A stretch of DNA of 64,000 bases from Octopus vulgaris (GCA_951406725.2 OX597824.1:76632001-76696000); one strand, 5' to 3'. Positions 25,763-39,354 are shown, counted from the first letter of the stretch. Translations and numbers: made by a program. Notes: a model not told the origin generated them from the letters alone.

Positions 25763-26938
25763 TGTAGCAGTGAATGTAATGTCGTCTAAATTACGCAAAA
25801 ATAAAAATAACACTGACATCTTTTTTTTTTTTAGCAGATATATTTACCAGAATTATATATCTATGAAATTACCAGACTAGAATTATATATCTATGAAATC
25901 GCCCATGGAATCTACTGCATCTCTTCTGGACGGTCTCCTTGTTTAAGTTGGTAAATGCTACCATAACCTTTGCTGTCAGTCCATCTTCGGTATTACTAGG
26001 AGTTTTGTTGGTCTCTCGCTTAACTGCGTCCCACACATGCGGAACTGCAGCACCCACTATTTCTACTCGATATTATCGATAACATTCATTATAGTGAGTT
26101 ATTTTTTCTTTAATACTTTCTTTATACTTGTACATTATATAATCCTTAAGCTTAATGCCAGTAGCCATCCCCTAGTTTATGAAAAACATACAAAATCCTT
26201 GTATAGAGCTGTGCGCTTAACAGTTCCAGCGACACGGTGAGCCTGTTGTGCGCATGCTCACATGTCCGAGATAGGGAGCTTTACACAAGGGGGAGAGAGA
26301 GAGAGAGAGAGTACTGCATGAACGACAGTGCCGGGTGAAAAGTGGTCTTTCTTTTGGACTCCACGTGTGCTGAACTTAAAAACGTGTTTATATTCTTAAA
26401 TGTGATAAAGTGTAGAATTAGATTACTATCCTGCCTCCAGCTTCAGTGTTGCTGCCAGGATTTAAAGAATAGGGAATATTTCCCATCCCTCTTATTTCGT
26501 AATTTAGTAGGGATTTTTGAAAAACAAGGGGGAATTCGCGGCGGTGTTCAGTGAACAAATAAAAACACACTACCCGGCAGTGGATACAACGTGAACCGAT
26601 AAAGTTTATGCATAAATTTTCTTTTTATATGTTTGTTTCCTTTTACACAATTGCTAAAAATTTTCTGAAGTAGCACCCCCACAAATTTTATCTGCGAGCC
26701 GCCACTGATACCCAAACACTCTGAAATGTTCGTATTGGAGTTTCCGGCGCAAATGCCAAGCAGTACAGTATGTTTCCAAATTTCTTGCAGTGTGAATTGT
26801 GTTGTGGTGCTGTTTTTTCTCGCAGACGGTGCTCAACTGACCCTACTATACCGTGTAGTCAACAAAATCAAAATCAAACAGTGCGTATGTGCATAATTAA
26901 AAATATACAATGGCGACAATTTACCCATCGCACCATTT
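25763..26938 (-). mobile_element. Second maT relic, split by a ~670 bp insertion (26040-26708)
   Basis: VWDAVKRETNKTPSNTEDGLTAKVMVAFTNLNKETVQKRCSRF; both ends match 16215-16812; decayed TIR GGCGACAATTTACCCATCGCACC. Confidence 0.82.
26040..26708 (-). mobile_element. Possible hAT-like insertion
   Basis: One end reads CAGTGGCGGCTC on the minus strand; it interrupts the maT copy; the other end is unclear. Confidence 0.35.
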
Positions 26939-26957
26939 ATGTATGTATATATATATA

Positions 26958-27376
26958 TACTTTTTACTCTTTGACTCTTTTACTTGTTTCAGTCATTTGA
27001 CTGCGGCTATGCTGGAGCACCGCCTTTAGTCGAGAAAATCGACCCCAGGACTTATTCCTTGTAAGCCTAGTACTTATTCTATCGTTCTCTTTTGCTGAAC
27101 CGCTAAGTTACGGGACGTAAACACACCAGCATCGGTTGTCAAGCGATGTTGGGTGTACAAACACCGACACACAAACATATACACACACATACACATATAT
27201 ATATATACATATATACGACGGGCTTCTTTCAGTTTCCATCTACCTAATCCACTCACAAGGCTTTGGTCAGCCCGAGGCTATAGTACAAGACACTTGCTCA
27301 AGATGCCACGCAGTGGGACTGAAACCAGAACCATGTGGTTCGTAAGCAAGCTACTTACCACACAGCTGCACCTGCG
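26958..27376 (-). mobile_element. SINE family A
   Basis: Full-length match. Confidence 0.92.
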
Positions 27377-28020
27377 TGTGCGTGTTTATAAATGCATTTG
27401 CATATATATGCGCATATTCACGCATGCATACATGTGTATATACCTGTGTATATGTGTATATATGTGTATATGTCTGTATATGTGCCTATGTGTGTGGTAA
27501 TTAGCTACGCTAGAGTCATATATTCGACATGATTGCGCCTCATATAATTAGATATTATTTGCAGCTTCGACCAATGATTGCCAGAAAATAAATATTCAGA
27601 AAGAACGAACCCCCAATATACAATCAGAGAAAGAAAATATGCTTGCATATGCATTATTAATGCAGACTGCAACGTAATTTATAAGATAGTATATAACACA
27701 TTGTGTATAGAATATTGTATACATAATGTATTCTATGTAGAGGTGAGCTGTGGATATAGAGAATGTGGTCCACACAGAGAATAATAAGTGTGAACTTCAG
27801 CGTGCAAGTGTTAGTAATTCATGCACAGTACAAAATGGGTTGTAAAAATCCTTGTTCATATGCATAAATGCGCCTGTGTTTGGGTGTTTGTATGCTTCTG
27901 TCTACGTTTGTTAAATGTATTCTTCTGTGTGTCCGATATATATATATATCCGCGTATGTTTCTGTGTGTATTTATTCATATATTTATATATATATATATA
28001 TAAACCTGTGTGTGTATGTG

Positions 28021-28080
<60 letters not shown>

Positions 28081-28334
28081 CATATACATCTCAAATATAT
28101 GTATATACGTATATAAATGTATGTATGCATGTATATATATATATATAGTATATATATATATATATAAGCTTTATATTATATATATATATATAAACATACA
28201 TACACACACACACATATATGTGTGTTTGTTTATGTATATCTTTATCTATCGATCTATGTATATATATATATATATATGTATGTATATATATGCTTATATA
28301 TATATACATACATACATATATATATATATATATG

Positions 28335-28442
<108 letters not shown>

Positions 28443-29111
28443 CATACATACATATACATAATTACAATCTTGTGTGCTGTGTTTGGCTAAATCAATATTG
28501 ATACAGCGAGTGTGCTTTCTAAAAGTACTACAGAAATTCTTTGTTGCGAAATGTAATAGAATTTCCGAGATTGAACTGGAAAGTCGTAGATTTTGATTTG
28601 TATTTCACTTGTATTTGCATGAATGTAATTTTCAAAACAGGACAGACGGACAAATTCAGTCTTTAGTTATTCATAAAAAAACATTTTGTTAGTTACACAA
28701 CAAAGGTAAGAATAAATATAATATAATATAATAAATTATAATATTAGGCAAATATACGTTTGTTATTCTTTTCGAATTATTTGAATTCTTCTGCTAAGAA
28801 GAAGCTGGTTTCTAACAAAGAAATGAAGTTGTGTTGTTGAAATTCGAATTATAATTATAGTGAAGCGTCGCAAATATAAATTTACAAGAGGCTTGCATAT
28901 TTTTACCGTGCTATTTTTTGAAAATTCTCTTTGTAAAGTTCGTGTTAAGTTATCCCATTTTTAACTAAAATTTACTACAATTCGAGATTGGTTTTTCGAT
29001 ATTTTGATTATTGGTGTTTATGGTTAACATAAATAGGTACACAAATAGTTATTGGTATAAATATATAATATATGATATATAAATAGGTACACCAATAGTT
29101 ATTGGTATAAA

Positions 29112-29486
29112 TCTCTATATATAATATAAAGCTGAAGTTGTCTGTGCGTAGCAGGTTTGGTAGCCTTCAAATAACACTATCTCCTTCGGGACCCTGCGGC
29201 GCAAGTTGACCAAAATTGAGAGTATGATAGAAGAAGGCTTGCTCTTCCTTTCGTAGGAGAATAGAATTCAAATCGGACCATGTTAAACACCAAAAATTAT
29301 TTACATCAAAAAGATGCTTTTTTCTATGAAAATCCCTATTTTTTATGATTTTTTGACTGCTGTGTCGCCATTTTTCGGTGTATTTCAACCAGAAAAATGT
29401 TCACTTAATGCAAAATTTTTACTTTTCAAAAATTCCAATTCTAAAGGGTCCAAACAAACCCGAGCAACGCCGAGCGATACTGCTCG
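29112..29486 (+). mobile_element. Non-autonomous Helitron, second subfamily
   Basis: A|TCTCTATAT start, CCCGAGCAACGCCGAGCGATACTGCTCG|T end (CTAG mutated); body differs from 14850. Confidence 0.8.
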
Positions 29487-29884
29487 TATATAATATATAA
29501 TATATAATATATAATATATAATATATAATATATAATGTTTTCGAAGCAGATTTCGTTAATATTCACCTCCACACTGATTTTGAAAAAGCTGTTCATATCT
29601 GCTGGGCAACTGACCTCTGTAACTCTTCAACATTACACATTTCTGCTCCCAAAACAACTCTATGGGACATATTTATTCCAGAACTGTCTCTTCTATAGAT
29701 GGCAATGTTTCGTGTTTTAGCTTCAACACAGCACCACATTAGAAAGTAGTGGCTTTATAATATTTTGGGGCAGATACTGATTTCAACCCTCACAGAAATG
29801 ACATGATTCACAATTTCTGTCCTATGTTTGGGGTTTTAGGGGTTCTTATTACTCTTTGCTCTTTTTTTTTTAAAATCTCTTTTG

Positions 29885-30236
29885 TCTCTTTTGCTTGTTT
29901 CAGTTATTAGACTGAGGCCATGCTGGGGCACACCCTTAACATTTTTTTATTCTATTGAATCGAACCTAGGACCTATATTTTTGTTTAGTCTGGTACTTAT
30001 TCTGGAGTGCTCTTTTGTTGACACCAAAACACACACACATGCACACACACGCACGCACGCAAGCACACACATATATAGGACAGGCTTCTTTCAGTTTTCG
30101 TCAGCCAAATCCACAATTGTGATTTTGGTCGACCCTAGTCTATGAAGTTGAAGACACTGGCCTAAGGTGCAACGCAGTGGGACTGTACCTGGAACCATGT
30201 GATTGGGAAGCAAGCTTCTTACCACACAGCCACGCC
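29885..30236 (-). mobile_element. SINE family A, diverged
   Basis: Head and tail recognisable. Confidence 0.8.
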
Positions 30237-30439
30237 GTTACCTTTTAGGTATATTTCTAAGTATCTCATACTATTGGTTTGCGGAAGTATATCTTCGGCA
30301 TGGGAGATGATGTAATGGTCACGAGTTCAAAATGCCTGCACTTCTTGTCGATATTAGCATCAGCCTCATCTTAACGGAAAAGATGCCCACATATAATGTT
30401 GTTTTTTCTCTTTTGACATACAAGGTATTTCTCTCCAAA

Positions 30440-30693
30440 GGCGCAGGAGTGGCTGTGTGGTAAGTAGCTTGCTTACCAACCACATGGTTCTGGGTTCAGT
30501 CCCACTGCGCGGCACCTTGGGCAAGTGTCTTCTACTATAGCCTCAGGCCGACTAAAGCCGGGCGAAATGCGTAGCCGTATTTCGTCTGCCGTTACGTTCT
30601 GAGTTCAAATTCCGTCGTATCCTTTCGGGGTCGATAAATTAGTATATGGGATATATATATATATATATATATATATCTGTGTGTGTGTGTGTG

Positions 30694-30736
<43 letters not shown>

Positions 30737-30945
30737 TGTGTCTGTGTTTGTCCCCCAACATCGCTTGACAACCGATGCTGGTATGTTAACGTCCCCCGTA
30801 ACTTAGCGGTTCGGCAAAATAGAACGATAGAATAAGTATTAGGCTTACAAAGAATAAGTCCTGGGGTCGATTTGCTCGACTAAAAAAGGCGGCTCTCCAG
30901 CATGGCCACAGTCAAATGACTGAAACAAGTAAAAGAATAAAAGAA
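30440..30945 (+). mobile_element. Chimeric SINE A carrying a SINE D segment (30557-30641)
   Basis: A head switches at AAAGCC to GCCGGGCGAAATGCGTAGCC..GGGGTCGATAAATT, then resumes the A microsatellite and tail. Confidence 0.85.
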
Positions 30946-31083
30946 AAAAGTGTTTTAATGAATTATGTTAGGTCAGCAGATTTTAGATTGCAAGGAAATT
31001 CATTTTGAAGTGAGAACTTTTGGAAGAGTTCTCTTCCAATCTGCAGGATATTTATCATTTCAATTCTTAGCAGGTTCTATCTT

Positions 31084-31265
31084 TTATCTTTTATTAGTTT
31101 TAGTCATTAGACTTCGGCCATGCCGGGGCACAGCGTTGAAGAATGTTCAGTCGAATGAATAGACCCTAATACTTAATTTTTTTTTCTTTTTGGTAAGCCT
31201 GGTACTTATTCTACCGGTTTCTTTTGCCGAAGAGCTAAGTTCCCGGGAGAAACTCAGACTCAAAG

Positions 31266-31297
<32 letters not shown>

Positions 31298-31753
31298 ATA
31301 CATACACACACACACACATATATATATATATATTTAGTGTAGGAAGAAATGGAGCTGAACGAAGATTTAACAAAATTCCTTTTTATTATTTTCTACATAT
31401 GTTTCAAAGGCTGCAAAGTCCCTAATTCGGATTGAATAAGGAGTCCATTTTGCAGCCTTCTCTTCAGGAAAATCCAGGAACTTAATTCTCCAACAAAATG
31501 CACAGCAAGCTTTTCGACAAACGCTCACGAGGAGCCAATGGAATAAATGGCACAAACTGTCTATCACTATGCGTTGACGCATATATATATATATATATAT
31601 ATATACGACGGGCTTCTTTCAGTTTCCGTCTACCAAATCGAGCTTTGGTCGGCCCGATGCTATAGCAGAAAACACTTGCCCGAGGTGCCATGCAGTGGGA
31701 CTGAACCCGAAACAAAGAGGTTAGGAAACAAGCTTCTTATCACACAGCCACGC
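31084..31753 (-). mobile_element. SINE family A split by a ~250 bp hammerhead-bearing insert
   Basis: Tail 31084-31260, head 31603-31753; insert 31334-31580 lies in the internal (TA)n. Confidence 0.8.
31388..31473 (-). ncRNA. Type I hammerhead ribozyme, intact
   Basis: AUUUUC-CUGAAGA-GAAGGCUGCAAA..UUUGCAGCCUUU-GAAA-CAUAUG-UA-GAAAAU, then AAUAAA; 6 bp stem I, 12 bp stem II, GUA triplet. Confidence 0.9.
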
Positions 31754-32290
31754 CAGTATATGAATAATGTATTTGTTTTTGCTGATGACGTTCAGCAGAT
31801 GATGTCTGAGTAATACTGCGACAATCAAAGTATTTTCGTTTGATTTCATGCATCGTATTAATCTCATTCCTTTTCAGATAAAGTCTATCAATATTCCCAT
31901 TTCTATGCAAGTTTCCAATGAAAATTTAATGCCGAGATCTTGGTGGTGTGCTAAAGATTCTGCCACTTCGCCACCTTATCTTCAATGGAATATTATAGCT
32001 TTCTATACCAATAACCGATCATCACGACTCTCCCATCGGATATTCTTTTCCATTCAGTAGATTTGCAACTAAAGTCAGCAAAGTTACGCTTGTCATGTAT
32101 CCTTTACGAGTTAAACGATTAAGACTTAGACTCCGATGTCTTTATATGGGATCAATTCCACAGGGTAAAGAATGGCTACAAGAGGGATCAAGTTGAACAG
32201 ATACGCCAAGGAAACCGGGAAACCGGCCCTTATGGCTCGAGAAGGAATAAACAAAAACAACAACAACAAAAATACTTGCCATAGGCATAA

Positions 32291-32500
32291 GGCGGCGGGA
32301 TGGCAGAATCATTAGCACGCCGGGCAAAATGCTTAGCAGTAATTCGTCTGCATTCTAAATTCAAATTCCGCCGAAGTCGTTTTTGCATTTCACCTGTTAG
32401 GGAGGTCGATAAAACAATTATCAGTTGAATCCTTGGACCGATGTAACTAACTTAACCCTTCCCCCAAACCTTCTGGCATGGTGCCAAAATTTGCAATCAA
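32291..32500 (+). mobile_element. SINE D-related, diverged
   Basis: GGCGGCGGGATGGCAGAATCATTAGCACGCCGGGC head. Confidence 0.75.
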
Positions 32501-33447
32501 TATTTCTTAGAAACATTTAATAATTACATTAACAAATATGACTTTTCGCTCGTACTTAAGAGCAAATATTTTACCCATGAACATTCTCTTATCGTGAAGT
32601 GTATTTACCACTTAAATATGGCTAACCCTTAAGGTTGGATACAACTGTAGCTTGTTGCCCCAGGAGGACACCTCCTCCAGCTGGCTATTGACACACTTTC
32701 TGTGCCCTCTCAGTATTTGCAAAGGGAAGCCATCCTTCCCATCTTCAATCTGACATGATACACACGGACTCGAGTTTCTGGGTATTGACCCGTCTCTTAT
32801 AATGCTTCCCATATATTTTTCACAGTCTGTCATAAAGGCATAGCTGATAATTCGCGAAGTCCTCCTGTTTGTACCTAATAATACCTAATAGTCCATTTTC
32901 TATTCACAAACTTGCCGAAGTTATAATATTTATGTCTTCCTTGCTTTTTTGTCTTTTCAAGACAGCTGGCTCATTTGGAATTGCTCCGTTTTGGTCGATC
33001 TATTTTATTGCTTCCTGTAGGTAAATAGAAATTAATTCCATCACAACACAGCAGGACATTCATTATTCAAAACATTAGATCGCCAATTTGTGCCAAGCTT
33101 TATTTACCAACTTTTACCGAACACAAATAACATTGGACCAGCAGGTTTTCTCTCGATTTTTTTATCATATTCGTTCGTTGTTCACTACAAAATTTGTCTT
33201 AAACATTAATGCGTATTGTGTTTAGATCTGTCTGTATCCTTTGCCCATTTCAATTTAGGCCGTGATTGTATCCCCGTATTGTTTGCAGTTCTATTACTGT
33301 GTGATGGTTAACAGTTGAAGATTTGGTCGTAGCTGAAGGTTTTAGCTGCATTCTTAAGAACTGAATCGCGTGTGGTGCAGATAAAGTTGTCATGTGTATT
33401 TCTGATAATAGGTTTTACTCAGTTAACCTGCATAAAAGCAAAAGTAG

Positions 33448-33500
<53 letters not shown>

Positions 33501-33724
33501 TTTCTTTACTTTTATATGTTGTGTCATTGATTGGATTGCAGCCATGCTGGAGTACCGCCCTGAAGTATTTAGTCGTGTATATTGATCGTAGTTCTTAAAG
33601 CGGTTCTTATACTAAGGGTTATTTTGCAAAACCAATAAGTCACAGTATAAGCGGGCAAACACCGGTTGCCAAGTAGGGAGGAGGCAAAGACGAACACAAA
33701 CCCATACACATACACACTCATACA

Positions 33725-33759
<35 letters not shown>

Positions 33760-33785
33760 TCAATCACTCATGCACACACATACTG

Positions 33786-34105
33786 GCACTCAGTCGGTTA
33801 CGACGACGATGGTTTCGGCTGATCCTATCAACAGAACAGCCTGCTCATGATATCAACGTGCAAGCGGCTGAGCAATCCACAGACACGCGTACCCTTAACG
33901 TAGTTCCCAAAAAGATTCAATGTAACATAGGATGTACAACAGGGCCGGGCCCTTTGAAATACATATACAACTCATTTTTGCCAGCTGAGTGGACACGGCA
34001 ACTTGAAATAATGTGTCTAACTCAAAGACACAACGGGTAGCCGGGCATCGAACTCCGGGCCATACGATCGTGAACAGAATAACCTAACCACTGAGTCACG
34101 CACAT
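33786..34105 (-). mobile_element. SINE family C, diverged
   Basis: Shared tail and C head on the minus strand. Confidence 0.8.
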
Positions 34106-34214
34106 TCACCTTCTCTCTCCACATTCCCACACTCACACACTTATAAATACCTGCAACGATTTTCCACACACTTTCGTCGACCAAATTCATACCGAATACC
34201 GAATAATATTCTGT

Positions 34215-34440
34215 TACCCTTTTACTTGTTTCAGTCCTTTGACTGCGGCCATGCTGGAGCACTTCCTTTTAGTCGAGCAAATCGATCCCAGGACTTATTC
34301 TTTGTAAGCCTAGTAATTATTCTGTCGGTTTCTTTTTGCAAAACCAATAAGTCATAGTGTAAGCAAGCAAACATCGGTTGTCAAGCGATGTTGGGGGGAC
34401 ACACACAGACACACAAACATATACACACACATACATACAG

Positions 34441-34504
<64 letters not shown>

Positions 34505-34665
34505 GACTGGCTTCTTTCAGTTTCCGTCTAACAAATTCACTCACAAAGCTTTGGTCGGCCCGAGGGTATAGTATAAGACACTTGCCAAAGATGCCACGCA
34601 GTGGGACTGAACCCGGAACCATGTGGTTCGTAAGCAAGCTACGTACCACACAGCCACTCCCATGA
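34215..34665 (-). mobile_element. SINE family A
   Basis: Full-length match. Confidence 0.9.
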
Positions 34666-34882
34666 CTATATTGTAGAATATGCTTATTGAAATATGTGTG
34701 TGTACAGAGATACAAGCGAGAAATTCGAAGCGGTGCTCAACCTCAAAGGCTGATAAATGTTCATGGTTATTGCAGCCAGCACTCCTCATCAGTTTATTCG
34801 AATTTCCTGTTTCTGATCATAAGATTGAATTCGAAGTGATCGGGAATGTGAAATTCGTTTAACGTCAGTATGCATGTATATA

Positions 34883-34930
<48 letters not shown>

Positions 34931-34939
<9 letters not shown>

Positions 34940-35176
34940 ATCACGTGACCGACCAGACCATCAGATGTTGTTACACATCGCGAGCAGGCCAACAGAAGGA
35001 AGAGTGGGAGAAAGAGTGGTGAAAGAGTACAACAGGGATCACCACCCCCTGCCGGAGATCGTGGAGCTTTTTAGGTGTTTTCGCTCAATAAACACTTACA
35101 ACGCCCGGTCTGGGAATCGAAACCGCGATCCTACGACCGCGTGTCCGCTGCCCTAACCACTGGGCCACTGCGCCTC

Positions 35177-35179
<3 letters not shown>
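34931..35179 (-). mobile_element. SINE B2 (internal deletion)
   Basis: Matches 24281-24570. Confidence 0.88.
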
Positions 35180-35213
<34 letters not shown>

Positions 35214-35369
35214 TGTATGTAGGTATGTATGTATGTAAAAACATATAGTAAATATATTCACACAAAGATAAAAGGATCACGTTGGAGGCGGACAGACAAA
35301 AGCATAGAGGCACACTTGAGTGGTTAATTAGAATTTGGCGACTCTATTCTTCTTCTGTGGATACATATC

Positions 35370-35371
<2 letters not shown>

Positions 35372-35440
<69 letters not shown>

Positions 35441-35860
35441 TTTCATTTTCCACAAGGGCGAATGATATGGGTGATAATACAGAGACAGACAAAGAGTGTG
35501 GAGGTTTACATATAATAATAAAATATTAAAAAAAAAGTAAGTATACACGGCATACACAGGAAAAATGGATATATGCATGGCATATAAAGATTCAAAAATG
35601 GCGGGGAAGATGATAGAGATGGGGCCCTCCTGATACAGTAAGGTGTCTAGCGATAATTGAGGAACCCCACTGTCCGAGATTTTCATGAAACCCTAGGAAG
35701 GAGCAAGTGTCCTCTCCAATTCTTTCTCGCCGACTCAAATGTCTACACTTAGTGAGGTTCCATCCACTCTTGCCATTTTCGCAACTTTCACCCATCTTTC
35801 AATAAACTCAATCGAGGACAGCACTTTTCCTCTCTACTCTCAATTTCCTTTTGAAATAAT
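35372..35860 (-). mobile_element. 3' end of an L1/Tx1-like LINE with (TTA)n tail
   Basis: Frameshifted NYFKRKLRVERK/VLSSIEFIERWVKVAKMARVDGTSLSVDI*, a 3' UTR, then (ATT)n. Confidence 0.6.
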
Positions 35861-35992
35861 TGTCGTCATCATCATCATGTAATGTCCGTCTTTTTGTGAC
35901 TTCATATAATGATATATCTTTCTCAAAGCAAGAATAGTACCAACTCATTGCATATTTATCAGAATAATTCGTTTTTTCTTTTTTTTTTTTTC

Positions 35993-36313
35993 CTCAGTGG
36001 TTAGACTGATGGACTCACAATTAAGAGATAGTGAGTTCGTTTCCCTGATCGATCTGTGTGTTGTTTTCTTGCTCAAGACTCATTATTTTACGTTGCTCCA
36101 GTTCATTCAGCTGTCGAAAGGAGTTGCCATGTTGCTGGTGCCAAGCCATATCGGCCTTTACTTTTCCCTTGGATTACATCAGTGACGTGGTGATGGAGGA
36201 CTGGTATGAATGGGTGACTGCTGGTCTTCCATAATCAATCTTGCCCGGACTTGTTTCTCAGAAGGGAAGTTTCTTGGAGAAATCTCATGTTCATTCAAGA
36301 CCGAAAGGAGTCT
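35993..36313 (+). mobile_element. SINE family E, diverged
   Basis: Matches 19664-19977. Confidence 0.78.
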
Positions 36314-36338
36314 TTACCCTTTATACATATTTTATATA

Positions 36339-36798
36339 TGACTAAAGATACATAGCTCCACTACCTATATGAAAAAACATTTGTATCCATGCCATGTCTT
36401 TCCAAAGTACGAAATCCTGTATGAACTAGCTACAGGCAAATAACGAAATGCATTATAATCGAACTAAACAAAAACCGAGTTTATTGAGCGACGTACCTTC
36501 TGAAAAGTCACTCGACGGGACACATCTGCCCCGAATGAAGCATCACAAGCAGTTGTCCAGAATCTCGCCCGAGGGATACCGATGCAAGATGGGTCGAAAC
36601 GATCATGCTGATTAATCAAGAATCCTGTGACTTCCATTTTCTCTGTCTCTTTTTTATTGTATACTCGACGGATATAAAGGACTTCCTGAAGTAAATCCCC
36701 TGATATTTATATGTATATTGTTGATGCCATCTGGTAGTCTCAGGCAGTGAACAGGACTTAATCGGCATACTGCCAAGTGTATACCCAGGTCCAAATTC

Positions 36799-36834
<36 letters not shown>

Positions 36835-36892
36835 AGATAGATATATATATATGATAGATATAGATATATGTATTTAGATATATGTATTTATG

Positions 36893-36929
<37 letters not shown>

Positions 36930-37079
36930 CTAAAGATACATAGCTCCACTACCTATATGAAAAAACATTTGTATCCATGCCATGTCTTTCCAAAGTACGA
37001 AATCCTGTATGAACTAGCTACAGGCAAATAACGAAATGCATTATAATCGAACTAAACAAAAACCGAGTTTATTGAGCGA
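36339..37079 (+). repeat. 153 bp direct repeat (36339-36491 and 36927-37079)
   Basis: TGACTAAAGATACATAGCTCC...GTTTATTGAGCGA appears identical by eye in both copies. Confidence 0.92.
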
Positions 37080-37156
37080 GTTTATGTATATATATATATA
37101 TATACATACATACATACATACATACATACATACATACATACATACAAACATAAATA

Positions 37157-37544
37157 CATATATGGGTACAAGACGTCACTGACGGGGTGAAAATAACATG
37201 AAATACGTAAACAAACGAGTTAAATACGTAAACAGCGTATTTAACTTTGACCCTCCATGTTTGTTTTCGTTCGGTTTCCTTGTATGTCTCCACTGTCGTG
37301 TTTTTGTTCCCGACTTTGACCCTCCATAAATCCTAAATTTAATTTTAGAATTTATGGGAGCAGCTGTCTTTGAAGACTCATATTGTCGTTGAATGCTTGA
37401 AATGAGTAGTAGATAAGCAGCCGACAACTGATGAGGGGTCCTTTTTCTGTGTTTACTTGTCCTGTTTTCCATTTTTTCCTGTTTTTTTGTGTTTACGTAC
37501 TTCATGTTATTTGCACTGTCGGTGACGTCCTATACCCATATATG
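37157..37544. mobile_element. Element with ~55 bp terminal inverted repeats and an internal CUGAUGA hairpin
   Basis: CATATATGGGTACAAGACGTCACTGAC..AAATAACATGAAATACGTAAAC versus GTTTACGTACTTCATGTTATTT..GTCGGTGACGTCCTATACCCATATATG. Confidence 0.8.
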
Positions 37545-37550
37545 CAAGTA

Positions 37551-37959
37551 TACTCTCTTTTACTCTCTTTTACTTGTTTCAGTCATTTGACTGCGGCCAT
37601 ACTGGAGCACCACCTTTAGTCGAGCAAATCGACCCCGGGACTTATTCTTTTTAAGCCCAGTACTTATTTTATCGGTCTCTTTTGCCGAACCGCTATGTGA
37701 CGAGGACGTAATCACACCAGCATCGGTTGTCAGGCAATGCTAGGAGGACAAACACAGACACACAAACACACACACACATACATATACATATATATACGAC
37801 AGGCTTCTTTCAGTTTCCGTGTACCAAATCCACTCACAAGGCATTGGTCGGCCCGGGGCTATAGCAGAAGACACTTGCCCAAGATGTCACGCAGTGGGGC
37901 TGAACCCAGAACCATATGGTTGGTTAGCAAGCTACTTACCACACAGTTACTCCTGCGCC
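37551..37959 (-). mobile_element. SINE family A
   Basis: Full-length match. Confidence 0.93.
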
Positions 37960-38234
37960 TATATATATGTATATATATATATATAGGGTCAAATATATAT
38001 ATGTATATATATATATATACACATAAATACATATATATAGAGAGAGAGAGAGAGGGAGGGAGAGAGAGATAGAGACAGATGTTATAAGAGATAATGGTGT
38101 CGATGAGACCCAAAGGTGTCAGGTAATGTATAGTTAAGCTCCAGGTATAGACTATAGTTAAGCTCCAGGTTGGGTGATTATGCGAATAAGGATTCCAATG
38201 TAGGTCATATATCAGCATCTGTACATGTAAAAAA

Positions 38235-38387
38235 AATTAACAGAATGAGATAAAAATCCAATGCTGTAAAATATTTCAGAACATTTATAAACATTTATAA
38301 ACACCCCGGAAACAGCTGTAAGACCTACTATATATAAATGTTCTAAAATCATTCACAGCATTGGATTTTTATCTCATTCTGTTAATT
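38235..38387. mobile_element. Small foldback with a half hammerhead in the spacer
   Basis: AATTAACAGAATGAGATAAAAATCCAATGCTGT is inverted at the right end; spacer has GAAA-CAGCTG-TA-AGACC. Confidence 0.8.
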
Positions 38388-38420
38388 TATATATATATAT
38401 TGTTTATTTTATACATATAC

Positions 38421-38483
<63 letters not shown>

Positions 38484-39186
38484 CAGGTATGTATATATTC
38501 AAATACACTTCTGAGTATCTATGTGTGTGCATATATAAATACACGTACATGTATAGGTGATGGGGTGACCGTGTGATAAGAAGCTTGCTTCCCAACCGCA
38601 TATATATATATGTATGCATGTATGTATATATGTACGTTTAAACACTCTTCTGTGCGTCAATTTATGTACATATATATGTGTGTGTGTGTGTGTTTGAGTG
38701 TGATTGAGTATTTATGTGTGTATGTGTAAGTGTGCTTGTAGGTATATAAATACACCTCAGTAAACCCATATGCATGTATCTAAATATGCAGAGATTATAT
38801 GTAAGCAAACAAATATATATGCATACATATATAATTATGAATATACATACACACACATACACTTATACACACGCACACATATGTACGTACGTACTTAATT
38901 ACGTATGTACTTATGCATGTCTGCATATATTGAAGTGCAGCTATTAATATATGCAGACCTAGAAGTGCAAGTGATCTCTATCTTGGTCTCCTCCTAATGA
39001 GGACATGCAGCTTCTTGATTAATTAATCCTGTTATGTCTGGAGCACAAGGATTGGCTTATGATTTGTAACACAAACACGCACGCGCGCGCACGCATGCGC
39101 ATGCACACAAACACGCCCGCCCGCCCGTACACGTGACAATATCTCTTTTTCTAGTACCTTTCCCACTCGTTCTTCATCTACATAAA

Positions 39187-39223
<37 letters not shown>

Positions 39224-39354
39224 GCACACACATACACATATATACATACAAACACACACACAGACACATACACGCACACGCATACATTCACGCACACTCA
39301 CACGCACACACATAGATAAACATATGTATATATGTGTGTGTGTATAGATATATT

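Noticed and set aside
27578-27784. ORF with NVIYKI resembling a GIY-YIG start
   Set aside because: Lacks the YIG motif; similarity too short
31781-31800. GCTGATGACGTTCAGC hairpin
   Set aside because: No GAAA or UH partner
34720-34800. Minus-strand CUGAUGA with a stem II followed by GAAU
   Set aside because: Helix III and the cleavage triplet are missing; at best a deleted relic
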